Made by a program: the position numbers and the translations under genes. Positions 52,423 through 63,436 of a stretch of 64,000 bases of DNA are shown piece after piece. The stretch is from an uncultured delta proteobacterium (GTDB lineage Bacteria > Myxococcota_A > Polyangia > Fen-1088). Positions within the stretch are counted from its first letter, which is position 1, and every line of letters starts with the position of its first letter. The stretch spans positions 352,001 through 416,000 of the forward strand of contig CAVTRY010000022.1 in assembly GCA_963737265.1 (NCBI GenBank). Reading direction: 5' to 3'. The notes beneath the pieces are model-generated. The model was not told the DNA's origin, ran no database searches, and saw nothing but the letters and a program-made list of their open reading frames with translations.

Positions 52423-53256
52423 GTGTCTCTGAAGGCAGTCGCACACATCTCTCAAGTCCGCGGCGGCTCGCAAGCGCGAATCATGCTGGCCGATGACGGC
52501 AGGAAATACGTGACCAAGCTCCAGGGCAACCCACAGTGCACAAGAGTGCTGGCCAATGACTACTTGGCCTGCAGACTGGCGCGGATGATCGGGCTCAGTG
52601 TGCCGGAGCCGGTCATTATTCTCGTGGACGAAGAGACGATCCTGGAGCAGCAAATTACCTTCACCCTGGCTGGCCGGGCGGTTGCTGCGCGTCCTGGGCT
52701 TCAATTTGGTTCTGCCCTGGTGTCCGGCGAGGTCTTGGACTGGCTGCCAGGGACAATGCTTGGGCGGGTCAGGAATTTGAGGGAGTTTGCCGGTATGCTG
52801 GCTTTCGACAAGTGGACCTGCAATGCCGATGGCCGGCAGGTCGTATTCCACAAGAAGCTGCAGCAGCGAAAATACGACGCGGCGTTCATCGACTTTGGAT
52901 ACTGCTTCAATGCGGGCGAGTGGAGTTTCCCCGACGCGCCGCTGCGGGGAGTGTACGGGCTCAATGATGTCTATGAGCGGATCGAATCGTGGGACGACTT
53001 TGCTCCGTGGTTGTCGCGGATCGAGCGATTCTCCGAGCGGCAACTGCACAGCATTGCGGACGAGATCCCATGCGAGTGGTATGGCGAACGCTCCGATCTG
53101 CAACGCTTGCTGGATTGCTTGTTGGAGCGACGCAGCATAGTCCGTCAGCTAATCGAAGACTTCAGGACTTCCAGCAGAAATCCTTTTCCGAATTGGACCA
53201 TGGAACGGTCGACACCTTGCGCGACCGAAGCCAGGGGAGAGCCGCTTGCGGTGTGA
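52423..53256 (+). CDS. HipA-like (HipA_2) kinase
   Basis: RGGSQA Gly loop, YVTK, LANDYLA..LA...GL.VP, FDKWTCNADGR and FIDFGYCF; GGAGG RBS and GTG start. Confidence 0.85.
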   Translation: MSLKAVAHISQVRGGSQARIMLADDGRKYVTKLQGNPQCTRVLANDYLACRLARMIGLSVPEPVIILVDEETILEQQITFTLAGRAVAARPGLQFGSALVSGEVLDWLPGTMLGRVRNLREFAGMLAFDKWTCNADGRQVVFHKKLQQRKYDAAFIDFGYCFNAGEWSFPDAPLRGVYGLNDVYERIESWDDFAPWLSRIERFSERQLHSIADEIPCEWYGERSDLQRLLDCLLERRSIVRQLIEDFRTSSRNPFPNWTMERSTPCATEARGEPLAV

Positions 53257-53309
53257 GATCCGCCCATCTTCAGCAAACCCTCGATAAGTCTCACGCCGTG
53301 GAGGAAGAA

Positions 53310-54360
53310 ATGAGAAATGCTGGTCGCCTCAAACTCGGTTACTATCCCTTGCCGGTAGAGGAAGCCCAAAACATCCGCGCCTTGCTGATGTCCTCTGCGC
53401 CGTATTCGGCCATCGATCCCTGCGTCGGTGACGGTACGGCACTTGCTTGAGATCACCAAGGATACCGGCGCCCACCTGGCCGGCATAGAACTCGATGCAG
53501 ACAGGGCTGCAGCAGCCGCCGAGAAGGGAATTGCGACCGTCCAAGGCAGCGCGTTTGAGTGCCGGGTGCTGGCGGAAACCTGTTCGCTCCTGTATCTGAA
53601 TCCGCCCTATGACAGCGAGTTTGGGCCGCACAGTAATAAGAGGATGGAGTTGGTGTTCCTGGAACACTGCTATCGCTGGGTGACCAGCGAGGGCGTGCTG
53701 GTGTTCGTTGTTCCGGCTCCCGCAGTCGGAACGTGCGCACGTCTATTGGCGAGCCAGTTCGATCGGCTTTGCGTCTTTCGACTCGAACATCCGGAGTCCG
53801 TCCGTTTTAACCAGGTCGTGGTGTTTGGCAGACGAAAGAAAGCGCATCTGCGCGGCGAACCCAAGGGAGCAGATGAGTTGCTCCGGATTGCATACAAGCC
53901 ACATCTGCTTCCTGTGCTCAACCAAGAGGTTGTGGAGCGGTATGCGATCCCACCGTCATCGCCCGCGACGATCACTTACACGGGACTACCTTTGGATGAG
54001 ATTGAGGATGCGCTGCAGCGCTCTGTGGCGATGCAGAATGCCCGCGGCATTCTCGTTCGCAAGCAGCAGAAAATGAGTGGCCGGCCAGTGACGCCGTTGC
54101 ACAAAGGCCACGTTGGCCTATTGGCCTGCAGCGGCATGCTCAACGGCTTCTTCGGGGAAGGCGAGACGCGCCACATCGCACACTGGCGATCGGTCAAGTA
54201 TGTGGACGAGTTCAACGAGGAAGGTGAAGCCGAGGGGGAGACCATCATTCGCAAACGCGAACGGTTCAGCCATGAGCTGACCCTCGCCTATGAGAGTGGC
54301 CAGATCATCGAGTTGAAGGAGACCAAGGAGGCCAAGCCCAGCGATGAAGAACGCTCATGA
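53310..54360 (+). CDS. DUF6094-type class I SAM-dependent DNA methyltransferase, frameshift near 53445
   Basis: KLGYYP, DPCVGDG, GIELD and LYLNPPY motifs. Confidence 0.82.
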
Positions 54361-54979
54361 ACGTTTCGGCAAACTCGTTTATCGGCGACGCACAGAAAAG
54401 ACGGCAACCAACCTTCGCGTCTTCCTGGATGCCTTTGTGGGTGAGGACCGAGGCAAAGCCCACTTGGTATCTGTGGTTGGCGGCGATGTTGAGATCGGCG
54501 CCTTGGCAGCCGCCTTTGCCAACGGTGACTCATTTACCGTGGTCGATCCTTACGGTGAAGAGAGTATCGTCTCGCTGGGAGAGAAGCCGCTGTGCTTCCG
54601 AGGTTCGATCGTGGTCCATGGCCGGAAGCGGCCGCTGAGACATCTTGTGAGCTGCTCGCAGGAATTGGCGGACGCCACCTCCGATGGGAAACTGCTTCTG
54701 ATCAGCGACGACCAATCCTTCATCTGGTCTTCGCTGGTGCGGCACTACGGCCTGCCCGCCACGCCGGAATGGGGGCCGTGGATGATCTCGCAGATGCACC
54801 AGCAAAAGCGTATTCAGCCACTTCCCGCGTTTGGATATGCCGGAGTGGCCGTCAAGGTCAAGCGAAAAGAGTTATTGGCGATGCTTCGGAAGGGGCTGCG
54901 CAGCAATCGGCTCGCGTTTCCTGCCCAAAATGGGGCCGTCGAATGGCCCGAAATCCAGCTCATCAAAAAGACTGCCTGA
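54344..54979 (+). CDS. hypothetical protein of the methylase operon
   Basis: 211-aa ORF overlapping the methylase stop codon. Confidence 0.65.
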   Translation: MKNAHERFGKLVYRRRTEKTATNLRVFLDAFVGEDRGKAHLVSVVGGDVEIGALAAAFANGDSFTVVDPYGEESIVSLGEKPLCFRGSIVVHGRKRPLRHLVSCSQELADATSDGKLLLISDDQSFIWSSLVRHYGLPATPEWGPWMISQMHQQKRIQPLPAFGYAGVAVKVKRKELLAMLRKGLRSNRLAFPAQNGAVEWPEIQLIKKTA

Positions 54980-55083
54980 TTCCCGCCGGAAAAGCCGCAT
55001 CCGCGGACGGCCGCGCAGAAACGACCACTCACGGATGTACTACACACCCAAATTCTGAAAGGTTCTGGGAGGACCTGCAATCC

Positions 55084-55626
55084 ATGGCGCTCTTACATAC
55101 AGGCGACCGCATTTGTGCGTCGTGCGGAGGCATGAACGGCCGTCACCGGGCAGCGTGCTCCGGCGACGAATCTATCGACGTACTCAACGTCTACAGCCGC
55201 CGGCAAGCGATAGACGATGGCATTCTGGTCGATTGCGACCAAGCTCCAATGGGCGAGATGCGCCGCCAGCTTATGAAGTGGCCGCTGGCGATGACCGCCA
55301 CCGCATTTCACCGATACGTGTGGCCAATAGATGAGGAGGCGAACCTGCCGCCAGGCCAGAGCTTGGAAGGCCGCTTCTGGGATGTGGTTTGGATGTTCCA
55401 TGCGGCCGCCAAGGGTGCAGTCCCGGCCCAGCGCATTGACCCGTGCAACCTGCTGTTCGACTTCTACTGCATCGTTGCTGATCCGGCACTGTCGTCAAAC
55501 GAGATGATCGACGCGACTGCCAGGAGCGGGCCAGAGAGGATGCGGCTCGTAACGCTGAAGGCGGTTTCTGGGCCTGGCGATGACGGCGAACCCGTGCTGA
55601 CGTTCATGTTGCCGGAGGAAGATTGA
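55084..55626 (+). CDS. DUF6573-like mobile-element protein
   Basis: YSRRQAIDDGILVD, GRFWDVVWM and LKAVSGPGDDGEPVLTFMLPEED. Confidence 0.7.
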   Translation: MALLHTGDRICASCGGMNGRHRAACSGDESIDVLNVYSRRQAIDDGILVDCDQAPMGEMRRQLMKWPLAMTATAFHRYVWPIDEEANLPPGQSLEGRFWDVVWMFHAAAKGAVPAQRIDPCNLLFDFYCIVADPALSSNEMIDATARSGPERMRLVTLKAVSGPGDDGEPVLTFMLPEED

Positions 55627-55690
55627 CGGGCACGAGTCGCTGAGTCGAAGTGGCGGAACTAGGGGGAGATCAAACTTAGACGAGACCCGT

Positions 55691-56545
55691 TTAGATCTTG
55701 TTGGGCCATATATCGCCATGATTCTTTCGTGCAGCCTCGTACCGACCTTCGTAACACAGCCCCATTGAATCTTTCAGCGTAACGGTAAGCGGGGCGTTTT
55801 GCGCGTCCGACATTCTTATTCCCTCCATCAAGAAATGCAGCCATCCTTCCTCTGGGATCGTGTATTGAAGGGACTTTCGTTCCAACTCGTTCAGAGCTTC
55901 TCGTCTCGACTCAGACTCAACATTTCCAAACGTGTCCAAAATTGGCTCGTCGTTGTCCGTGTGATATGTGCCGAGGCTGTTAGGCAACCACTTGGCCGAC
56001 TCAGTCTTGCCGTCCTTTGTTGAAACCTGAAGAGAGTAACCGTGGAGTCCTCTTTGGTGTAAGAAACTGCTAACAAGCCGCACAGAAACAAAAAAATCCA
56101 CTGCTAGGCTCGGATCGTCGATTGTCCCCTCGCGCATAGCTTTACTCAAGCCACCGACTAAACGTGGGTGTATGTGACAGTCTTTCACCCGCACGGCGAT
56201 GCATGCCTGCTCCTCTGCTGCTCGGAGTTCGGTATTTAGGTCGGCAATCGTCTTCTCAAGAGCTTCGCTCTCTTTTTGTCTCTTTCGGTCAAGATCTAGC
56301 GGCGAGCGAAAGAGGTAAAATACCGCAAACACGCCAAGCAGGCCTATGTAAGGCCACACAATTGCCCATAGGTTAGATCGTATTTCTCCCGGTTTAATAA
56401 CCCCGTATCGAATCTGGAAGAACAGGATTCCGCCGGACAGCACAAGGCCGATCACTTGCGCACGTCCCGCGCCAACAAGATCGCGCCACCACTGCCGCAC
56501 CCAACGAGTGTAGAAGTCTCTGCGGCTACTTTGTTTGCCTTCCAT
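55691..56545 (-). CDS. two-TM plus coiled-coil hypothetical cargo protein
   Basis: Reverse-strand, AT-richer ORF; start uncertain (ORF extends to 56665). Confidence 0.55.
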   Translation of the reverse strand: MEGKQSSRRDFYTRWVRQWWRDLVGAGRAQVIGLVLSGGILFFQIRYGVIKPGEIRSNLWAIVWPYIGLLGVFAVFYLFRSPLDLDRKRQKESEALEKTIADLNTELRAAEEQACIAVRVKDCHIHPRLVGGLSKAMREGTIDDPSLAVDFFVSVRLVSSFLHQRGLHGYSLQVSTKDGKTESAKWLPNSLGTYHTDNDEPILDTFGNVESESRREALNELERKSLQYTIPEEGWLHFLMEGIRMSDAQNAPLTVTLKDSMGLCYEGRYEAARKNHGDIWPNKI

Positions 56546-56674
56546 ATAACATGGGCCTCGGTAAGGATTGTACTTAATGGCAAAAGGACTGTGTTCCGCC
56601 TTGATACGTGAGCAGTTCAGGCAAAGTAGGGCGCTGCCGAACAGCGCGACGGAGACGGCGATCAATCTCCCAAA

Positions 56675-56914
56675 TCAGCCCTGGCGCGGCAGTTGCCGGA
56701 ATGACTCCAGATGCCAAAGGCCATCAGGCGTGGATGTCTCCCGGCGCAGGATGTAGAGATTGCCGTCATCTGCACGGACTTTGTAAAAGACATCTGACGG
56801 ACCGTACCACTGGTCGAGCACTTCCTCGACCATGTACTCATGCCCGTCCAGACGAAAGCGAAGAGGCCTTTCGTCCGCCGCCCGCCCGGAATAGCAATCC
56901 ACTTCCAGCTTCAT
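56675..56914 (-). CDS. small conserved protein (DUF6504-like)
   Basis: V.CYSG...ERP.RF......V.EVLDQWYGP...YKVRADDGN.YILR. Confidence 0.7.
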   Translation of the reverse strand: MKLEVDCYSGRAADERPLRFRLDGHEYMVEEVLDQWYGPSDVFYKVRADDGNLYILRRETSTPDGLWHLESFRQLPRQG

Positions 56915-56984
56915 CCCCACCATTCTGACGCATAGGCGATAGACCTGCCACATACGCGTTCACACCTCCTGTCCGGAGAACTCC

Positions 56985-59267
56985 ATGCAGAGCCTAGATA
57001 CGATTCACGACTACTTGAGGACACACTCAGACGAAATCGGAAAAAGAATTTTGTCATCTTACCCAGCCCTGCACGGTGCCGACGAAGCCCCTTCTCCGTT
57101 GCTTTCCGCGATGGTGCGTGTTCCATATCCGGCGCAAACCTTGGCGATTATGGGCGTGAGCAAGCGTTGGCAGTTGGCAAGCAACGCAAACGTTGTCGCT
57201 GAGTGCGGCTCTGGCAAGACGCTGATCGCACTCGGGAGCATGCTGGTTCACAGCGCTGGAAGACCGTTTTCGGGTTTGGTCATGGCCCCACCGCACCTGG
57301 TGGAGAAATGGGCGCGGGAAACCTTCTTAACACTGGCTCAGGTGCGCGTATTCCTCATCGATGACATGCGTAACGGTGGCGATCCGACACAGCCGCACGG
57401 CATCAACGAGGTCCGGCTGCGCCGCGGTGAAATCGTGCGCGAGGGGCTGCACACCTCCCTGGCTGAATTGCGGCGTCTGGGGCGTAAAGGCTGGCGCAAA
57501 CTTTGCCCCGGAACCACGATCTTCTGCATTGGACGAGAGAAAGCAAAGCTGTCGTATTTCTGGAAGCACTGTTACGGCAAAAGCCGCTCCGGACGGTATC
57601 TTGGCTCCCTCACAAACCCGGACACCGGCTGTCCTGTCGAGACGGATGGAGTGCGGCTGAGCGCGCTTGATTTCGAGAAGAAGCGCCTGCACCAGATCGT
57701 GGAAGACTCGAACGCGGGCAAGACCAAGTACTCTGCGCTCTGGCAAGCCGACGGCAACAAGATTGTGCGCATGGCACCAGCGGAATACATGGGACGCTTC
57801 ATGCCGGAATGGTGGGACTACGCCATTGCGGATGAGATTCACCAACTGGCTGGCGACACGGCCCAGGGGAATGCCCTTGGCGTGCTCAACAAAACGGCAA
57901 GACGGTTCCTCGGACTCACGGGGACCCTGCTTTCTGGCTATGCGGATGATCTGTTCAACACCCTGTTCCGCACCGATGCCAAGCGCATGACCGAGGACGG
58001 CTACGAATGGGGTTCGGCCGGACGGGAGCGATTCACCCGCGACTTCGGGGTGATCGAGACCATTGAGCGCATCACAGTCGAAGACAACGCCTGCTCAAAG
58101 AAAACCAAAAAGACGGTCACCATCAAACGGAAGCCCGGTGCTTCACCCCTGCTGTTCGGCAAATATCTGATGGACCACTGCGCATTCATCGGCCTAGAGG
58201 ACATCTCGGACGGGCTGCCGAGCTACCGGGAGGAGGTCGTGCCGGTGGCGATGGAGGAGCCAGTGAAGACGGCTTATGAGGAGCTCGAAGAGGAGATCAC
58301 TGCCTGCCTGAAGGAGCATCGCGGAAACTGCAGTGTGGCGAGTACCATGCTGAACGCTCTACTGGCGTGGCCGGACCATCCGTACGGATTCGGCACGCTG
58401 TACGGGTCTGAGTTCGACCCAGAAACCAAGTGTCGCGAAAGCTTCGTTATCGCCGAGACGGTCGATTTGGACCCGAGCCGGGCATACGCGAAAGAGCGGG
58501 CGCTGATCGAGGAAGTCAAGGCGCAACTGGCCCGCGGCCGCAAGTGCCAGGTATTTGCGGTTTACACCAACAAACACGATGTTATCGAACGGCTGGAGGG
58601 GTTGTTTCGGACCGAGGGAATACGGGCAGCCACATTGCGGGCCAGCGTTCCCACGCACAGGCGGGAAGCCTGGTACCGGGAACAGCTGCGCCGTGGAATC
58701 GATGTCGCGATCTGCCATCCCAAGATCGTCGAGACCGGGCTGGATCTCCTGGACTTTCCAACCATACTGTTTCATGAAACGGGCTATTCATTGCACACGC
58801 TTCGTCAATCCAGCCGGAGGTCATGGCGCATTGGACAGAGACGGCCAGTCGAGGTGAAGTTCTTTGCCTATGCAGGAACCATGCAGGAGGTCTGCCTCCG
58901 GCTGATGGGTAAGAAGCTGCTTGTTGCGTTAGCGATGGAGGGCAAATTTGCCTCCGAAGGCCTGCAGGCTATCGACGGCGATGACGACATGCTCACGGCG
59001 ATGGCGCGTGAGTTGGTTGAGAACAAGGGGATTGGGGAGTCTGCCGATTCAATCTGGCGAAATGTCCAGCAGCTACGGCCCTCGTCGGCGTCACCCGTGC
59101 ATGAAGAACCAGAGGATAGGCAATTTGAACACGTGGAAGTCGAGATGCCTGCGATGCTGCCGTTGTCGATCGAGTCGGTTCCGGGTGCAGCCTTCTTGGA
59201 TGCTGAAAGTTCATCGCGCCGTTCCCCGCGCAGAGATACACCTGCCAATCAGCTGTCGCTCTTCTGA
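56985..59267 (+). CDS. SNF2-like superfamily 2 helicase of conjugative elements
   Basis: ECGSGKT, PPHLVEKW, DEIH, LTGT, VETGLDL and RSWRIGQ. Confidence 0.9.
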   Translation: MQSLDTIHDYLRTHSDEIGKRILSSYPALHGADEAPSPLLSAMVRVPYPAQTLAIMGVSKRWQLASNANVVAECGSGKTLIALGSMLVHSAGRPFSGLVMAPPHLVEKWARETFLTLAQVRVFLIDDMRNGGDPTQPHGINEVRLRRGEIVREGLHTSLAELRRLGRKGWRKLCPGTTIFCIGREKAKLSYFWKHCYGKSRSGRYLGSLTNPDTGCPVETDGVRLSALDFEKKRLHQIVEDSNAGKTKYSALWQADGNKIVRMAPAEYMGRFMPEWWDYAIADEIHQLAGDTAQGNALGVLNKTARRFLGLTGTLLSGYADDLFNTLFRTDAKRMTEDGYEWGSAGRERFTRDFGVIETIERITVEDNACSKKTKKTVTIKRKPGASPLLFGKYLMDHCAFIGLEDISDGLPSYREEVVPVAMEEPVKTAYEELEEEITACLKEHRGNCSVASTMLNALLAWPDHPYGFGTLYGSEFDPETKCRESFVIAETVDLDPSRAYAKERALIEEVKAQLARGRKCQVFAVYTNKHDVIERLEGLFRTEGIRAATLRASVPTHRREAWYREQLRRGIDVAICHPKIVETGLDLLDFPTILFHETGYSLHTLRQSSRRSWRIGQRRPVEVKFFAYAGTMQEVCLRLMGKKLLVALAMEGKFASEGLQAIDGDDDMLTAMARELVENKGIGESADSIWRNVQQLRPSSASPVHEEPEDRQFEHVEVEMPAMLPLSIESVPGAAFLDAESSSRRSPRRDTPANQLSLF

Positions 59268-59455
59268 CATGCCAACCGAAACCGCGGTTAAACGCCCATC
59301 GCGAACCTCTACTCATTGGCGGCTCGCTGTGCTTTCGCGATCACAATCTGTATACGGACTTGTCGGTATCGATCTCGTGGCAGCTGTCTCGAAAGACTTG
59401 CTAGCAAGCTCATCGGTTTAGATCAGGACTAGAATGTTGTCATCGCGGAGACATC

Positions 59456-60885
59456 GTGTACCTCGCCAAGCTGACCATCGGAAACTTCCGCAAGCTTGAA
59501 AAGGTCGAGGTTTGCTTTCAGGCTGGACTCAATATCATCGTTGGTCCCAACAATGTCGGCAAGACAGCAGTTATCGACGGACTGCGCGCCCTCCTGGGCG
59601 GCCAGGATGAGCCGATTCCGCGCTTATCTGTGGACGACGTGTACCGTCCGAAAGACCGCACGCCTGCCGCAGGAATCGAGTTCCATTATGAGTTCAAAGG
59701 TTTGGACCTGGACGACGAGGCTGACTTCCTATCGGCCCTCGTACCAAACGCCGAGGGTGCCCTGGAGGCGCACATCCATGTTCGGTACTCCGATCCTGAG
59801 AAGACTTCGGGCAGGTTGCGCGTAAAGCGTTGGTGCGGTCCTCTGGAAGAGAACGTCCTTAGCGCTGAAATGATGGAGAATTTGCGAGGAGTTTACCTCC
59901 CGCCCCTCCGCGATGCGTCGCTCGGCCTTCGGCCCAGCCGATCAAGCCAATTAGCGAGATTGATTCGCATTTTGGCAGACGATGCGGGGCGTCTCGGCAT
60001 CAATCAGGCACTCAAGGAACTCGATGCTGAGCTGAGGAAGCATCGTCCGCTTGTAGACATTCAGATGGCGATCTCCGGTCATCATGCAAAAATGCTCGGC
60101 GCCCAATTGGCGCAAGCCCTAGAAGTAGGACTGAGTGCGAGCGACTTCCAGCGGTTCTCCTCGCGACTCTCACTTATGGTCGATTCCTTTGAAGTGGAAC
60201 AAAACGGGTTAGGCTTCAACAACCTGATCTTCATGGCCGTGGTGCTCAGCGAGCTGGCCAAGAATCCTGAATCGGCCTATCGAGGGCTGATCGTGGAAGA
60301 GCCGGAGGCGCATCTTCATCCACAGCTCCAGGCTGTGCTCCTCCAGTATCTCCAGACCATGAAGGCGGTAAAGAAAGGCCAGGAGCTGCCAGCTGGCGTC
60401 GAGCAGGAGCCTAAAGCAGGAGCAGTGGTTGATGGTCCCAGCGGAACGGTCACTGGAAAGACGGGGGAGGCGGATGGGACTGTTTCGCCAAGCGGTGCGA
60501 CGAATGGTACACAACAAGAAGAAGCGCGCGCTTTGGAATCGACCGACCAACCTGTGCAAGTGTTCGTGACAAGCCACTCGCCCAATTTCGCAAGCATAGC
60601 GAAACTCGCGTCGCTCATTTGTCTCGTTGAAACGGCTGCCGGTGTGACCTGTTTCCTCCCAAGATCGGTCGTCTTCGGCAAGGGCAAGCTGGAAAAACTT
60701 GAACGCTACCTCGACGTGACACGTGCAGAGTTGTTCTTTGCACGACGAATTATCTTTGTTGAGGGAGCGGCCGAGTTGATGCTGGTCAGCGTGCTGGCGC
60801 GGAAGTGCGGATACAACCTGCGGGACTATGCCGTCAGCCTGATTAGCGTTGAAGGTTTGAACTTTGACTGTTTCCTCCCATTTGC
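59456..60885 (+). CDS. OLD-family ATP-dependent nuclease (ABC ATPase + TOPRIM, GajA-like), 3'-truncated
   Basis: NFR, GPNNVGKT, GLGFNN, IVEEPEAHLHP, TSHS and ELFFA..IIFVEG.AE; the TOPRIM DxD is missing because of the junction. Confidence 0.88.
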
Positions 60886-61219
60886 CGGCAGCATCCCGTA
60901 CAGCTTCGAGACGTTGTAATCGCGTCCCCGATCATCGGGTAGTTCGGCGCCGTGCCCTGCGTCTCCTCGATGTCGTGCGCCCACTTCGCGTGCTTGCCGG
61001 TCGGGTCGACCGAGAGGCCGATGATCTTCACGTTCCGCCGATCGAACTCCGGCTTGATCTTGGCCATGTAGCCGAGCTCGGTCGTGCAGACCGGGGTGAA
61101 GTCCTTCGGGTGCGAGAAAGCACCGCCCAGGAGTCGCCGATCCAGTCGTGGAAGCTGATCCGGCCCTCGGTCGTCTCGGCTTCGAAGTCAGGCGCGGTGT
61201 CCCCAAGTGAGAGAGTCAT
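60883..61219 (-). pseudogene. 1-Cys peroxiredoxin (Prx6), N-terminal part, frameshifted and truncated
   Basis: LGDTAPDFEAETTEG..SFHDWIGDSWAVL, then SHPKDFTPVCTTELGYMAKIKPEF...LSVD...NYPMIGD...VSKLYGML. Confidence 0.88.
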
Positions 61220-61661
61220 ATTCTCCTCCGAGTCCTGTCATGAACTAGATACACGGTGCAGTCCAGCAGGCACATACCCGTCCCTGGGGTACCGGTGACC
61301 AGCCTGTACTAATCCGGGACGTTACCCGGCGACAGGAACCGCAGTGGCCGGATCATCGACGGGGAGTGCCTGTTCTTCCAGGTAATAGCAGTGCCTCCCG
61401 CGGGGCCGCCGGAAGCGCCTACCGTGATGTCATGGACAACCGACACACGCGTGTACGGCCGCGACCCCGACCCCGGTTGCATTCTCGGCCTCTAGTGTGA
61501 CGCCTGCAAGTACCTCTAACCCCGCCGCCTCGAAGTGGCCCTATCGTCGTTACTGCAAGCGGTGCGTTTTCGAGACACAAGGCTGCCCGGATGAGCGCTT
61601 GCCGACCACCCTTCTTCCTCATAGAGTTCTGATTTATTTTCTGATTGTACGAGGCGTCATT

Positions 61662-63255
61662 TTGGTAGGGCGCGAACCGTCTGAGCGACAGCAATTTCTG
61701 CTGGCAAACCTACCGCCATCACAGCGGCAGACCCGCTTGGCGGTCGGCATCGTTGTAGCCCTTATCGCCGCATTCGGCCTAACGGCACCGTTTATAAACA
61801 CTCAGCTACCGAGTGTGAACGCTACCATTCCAGCCATTGAAACCGCAATTTTAATCAATGACCTTATTACCTCGGCGTTGCTGCTTTCTCAATTCTCAAT
61901 CACACGTCGCTGGGCACTTTTGGTGCTCGCAAGCGGTTATCTCTTTACAGCACTGATTGTCATTCCGCATGCGCTCATTTTTCCTGGCGCGTTCACGCCG
62001 ACGGGCCTCCTCCGCGCCGGGTTGCAGAGTAGCGCATGGCTTTACACGTTCTGGCACGCAGGCTTACCACTGGCCGTGATTGTCTATGTGCTGCTGAGAG
62101 ACGCGGATAGCGGCGACAAGCATGTCCGAGCGCTCGCTGGTAGTTGTGATCGGCTTGAGTGTCGCCGCCGTGATCGGGATGGTGTGCGGTCTAACCTGGA
62201 TCGCCACCGCCGGAGATTGGCTTCTGCCACGGATATTTCTTGACAGCGTTCACGCGGACCCAAGCCGCATTTGGCAAACCGGTGCAGTTGATTTGTCATT
62301 GACCGCCGGCGCCCTTGCGCTGCTGTGGCTTCGGCGGCGCTCCGTGCTCGATCTGTGGCTTATGGTCATGTGCTGTACTTGGTTACTCGAACTTGCGATG
62401 ACCGCCGTCTTTCTCAGCACCCGTTTCAGTGTTGGCTGGTATGCAAGCCGGATTTATACGCTCACCGCCTCAATTGTCGTCTTGCTCGTACTGCTTTCCG
62501 AGACGACAGCACTCTATGCAAACCTCGCACGGTCGGTCATGAGGCAGCGCGGCGAACGCCAGGAGCGGCAGATTGCGATGGACGCAATGGCGGCTTCAAT
62601 CGCTCACGAGATCAATCAGCCTTTGGCAGCCATGGTTACTAACGCCAATGCGGCCGTCCGCTGGTTGACGAGCGCGACACCGGACCTGGATGAGGCGCGT
62701 GGCGCTCTGGGGCGCATTGTCGACGACGGTCACCGAGCGAGCGAAGTAATTGGCGGCATTCGATCGATGTTCAAGAAGGGCGCTCACGGGAGACTATTGC
62801 TCGAGATTAACGACCTCGTTCGCGAGGTCCTCACAATGGTTGAGCTTGATTTACGGAATCACCGAGTATCGGTCACGACTGATTTGCGCGATGGCCTCCC
62901 GCGATTGCTTGCCGATCGAGGCCAATTGCAGCAAGTATTTTATAATTTGATTGTGAACGCGATTGAAGCGATGGGCTCCGTCACCGATCGGGCGCGCGTG
63001 TTGCGGATTAGCTCCGAAATCATTCACGAGCCTTCCGGGATTGCGGTCGCCGTTGAGGATTCTGGTACCGGAATAAAGGATGATGACAAGGACCGTATCT
63101 TTGAGCCGTTCTTTACAAGAAAGTCTACTGGAACCGGAATAGGACTTACCATCTGTCGGTCGATCATCGAGTCCCATGGTGGGAGCCTTCGGGTATCTGC
63201 CAGCAAGCCTTACGGGACGATCTTTCAGGCCACTTTGCCGAGCGGCGACGTATAA
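61662..63255 (+). CDS. MASE4-domain sensor histidine kinase, frameshift near 62120
   Basis: MASE4-type TM region (DLITSALL.SQF, PHAL.FPGAF.P.GLL..G.QS.AWLY..WH); AHEINQPL H-box, N-box, DSG.GI, FEPFF and GIGL. Confidence 0.88.
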
Positions 63256-63436
63256 AAAAGACAGCCGCAGTCTCAGTCACACAACGCGCCCGGTCCATGA
63301 CCCCTTTGGGTCATTCGCGACCGGAGCGGCCCCAGCAGAAGGTCCGGCCACGTCCGTTATCCCCCCGAAACCGACCAACGTCTGCTTCAGGGGCACATGT
63401 CGCGACGGGCCAAAAGGCCACCTGAGCAGGTGCAAC

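Larger units (their letters stand above)
33697..60885. mobile_element. conjugative element (ICE or plasmid), incomplete; no integrase or ends visible
   Basis: VirB4, VirB6-like, VirB9-like, VirD4, Replic_Relax relaxase, AEP primase, ssb, Rad52, DUF6094 methylase and SNF2-like helicase, mostly co-oriented. Confidence 0.85.

Noticed and set aside
59456-60919. Complete Gabija or retron system
   Set aside because: Only a truncated OLD gene is present; no UvrD or RT partner is visible.
3560-62120. Programmed ribosomal frameshifting in the many split genes
   Set aside because: The shifts occur in unrelated genes with no common slippery motif that I could see; sequencing indels are the simpler explanation.
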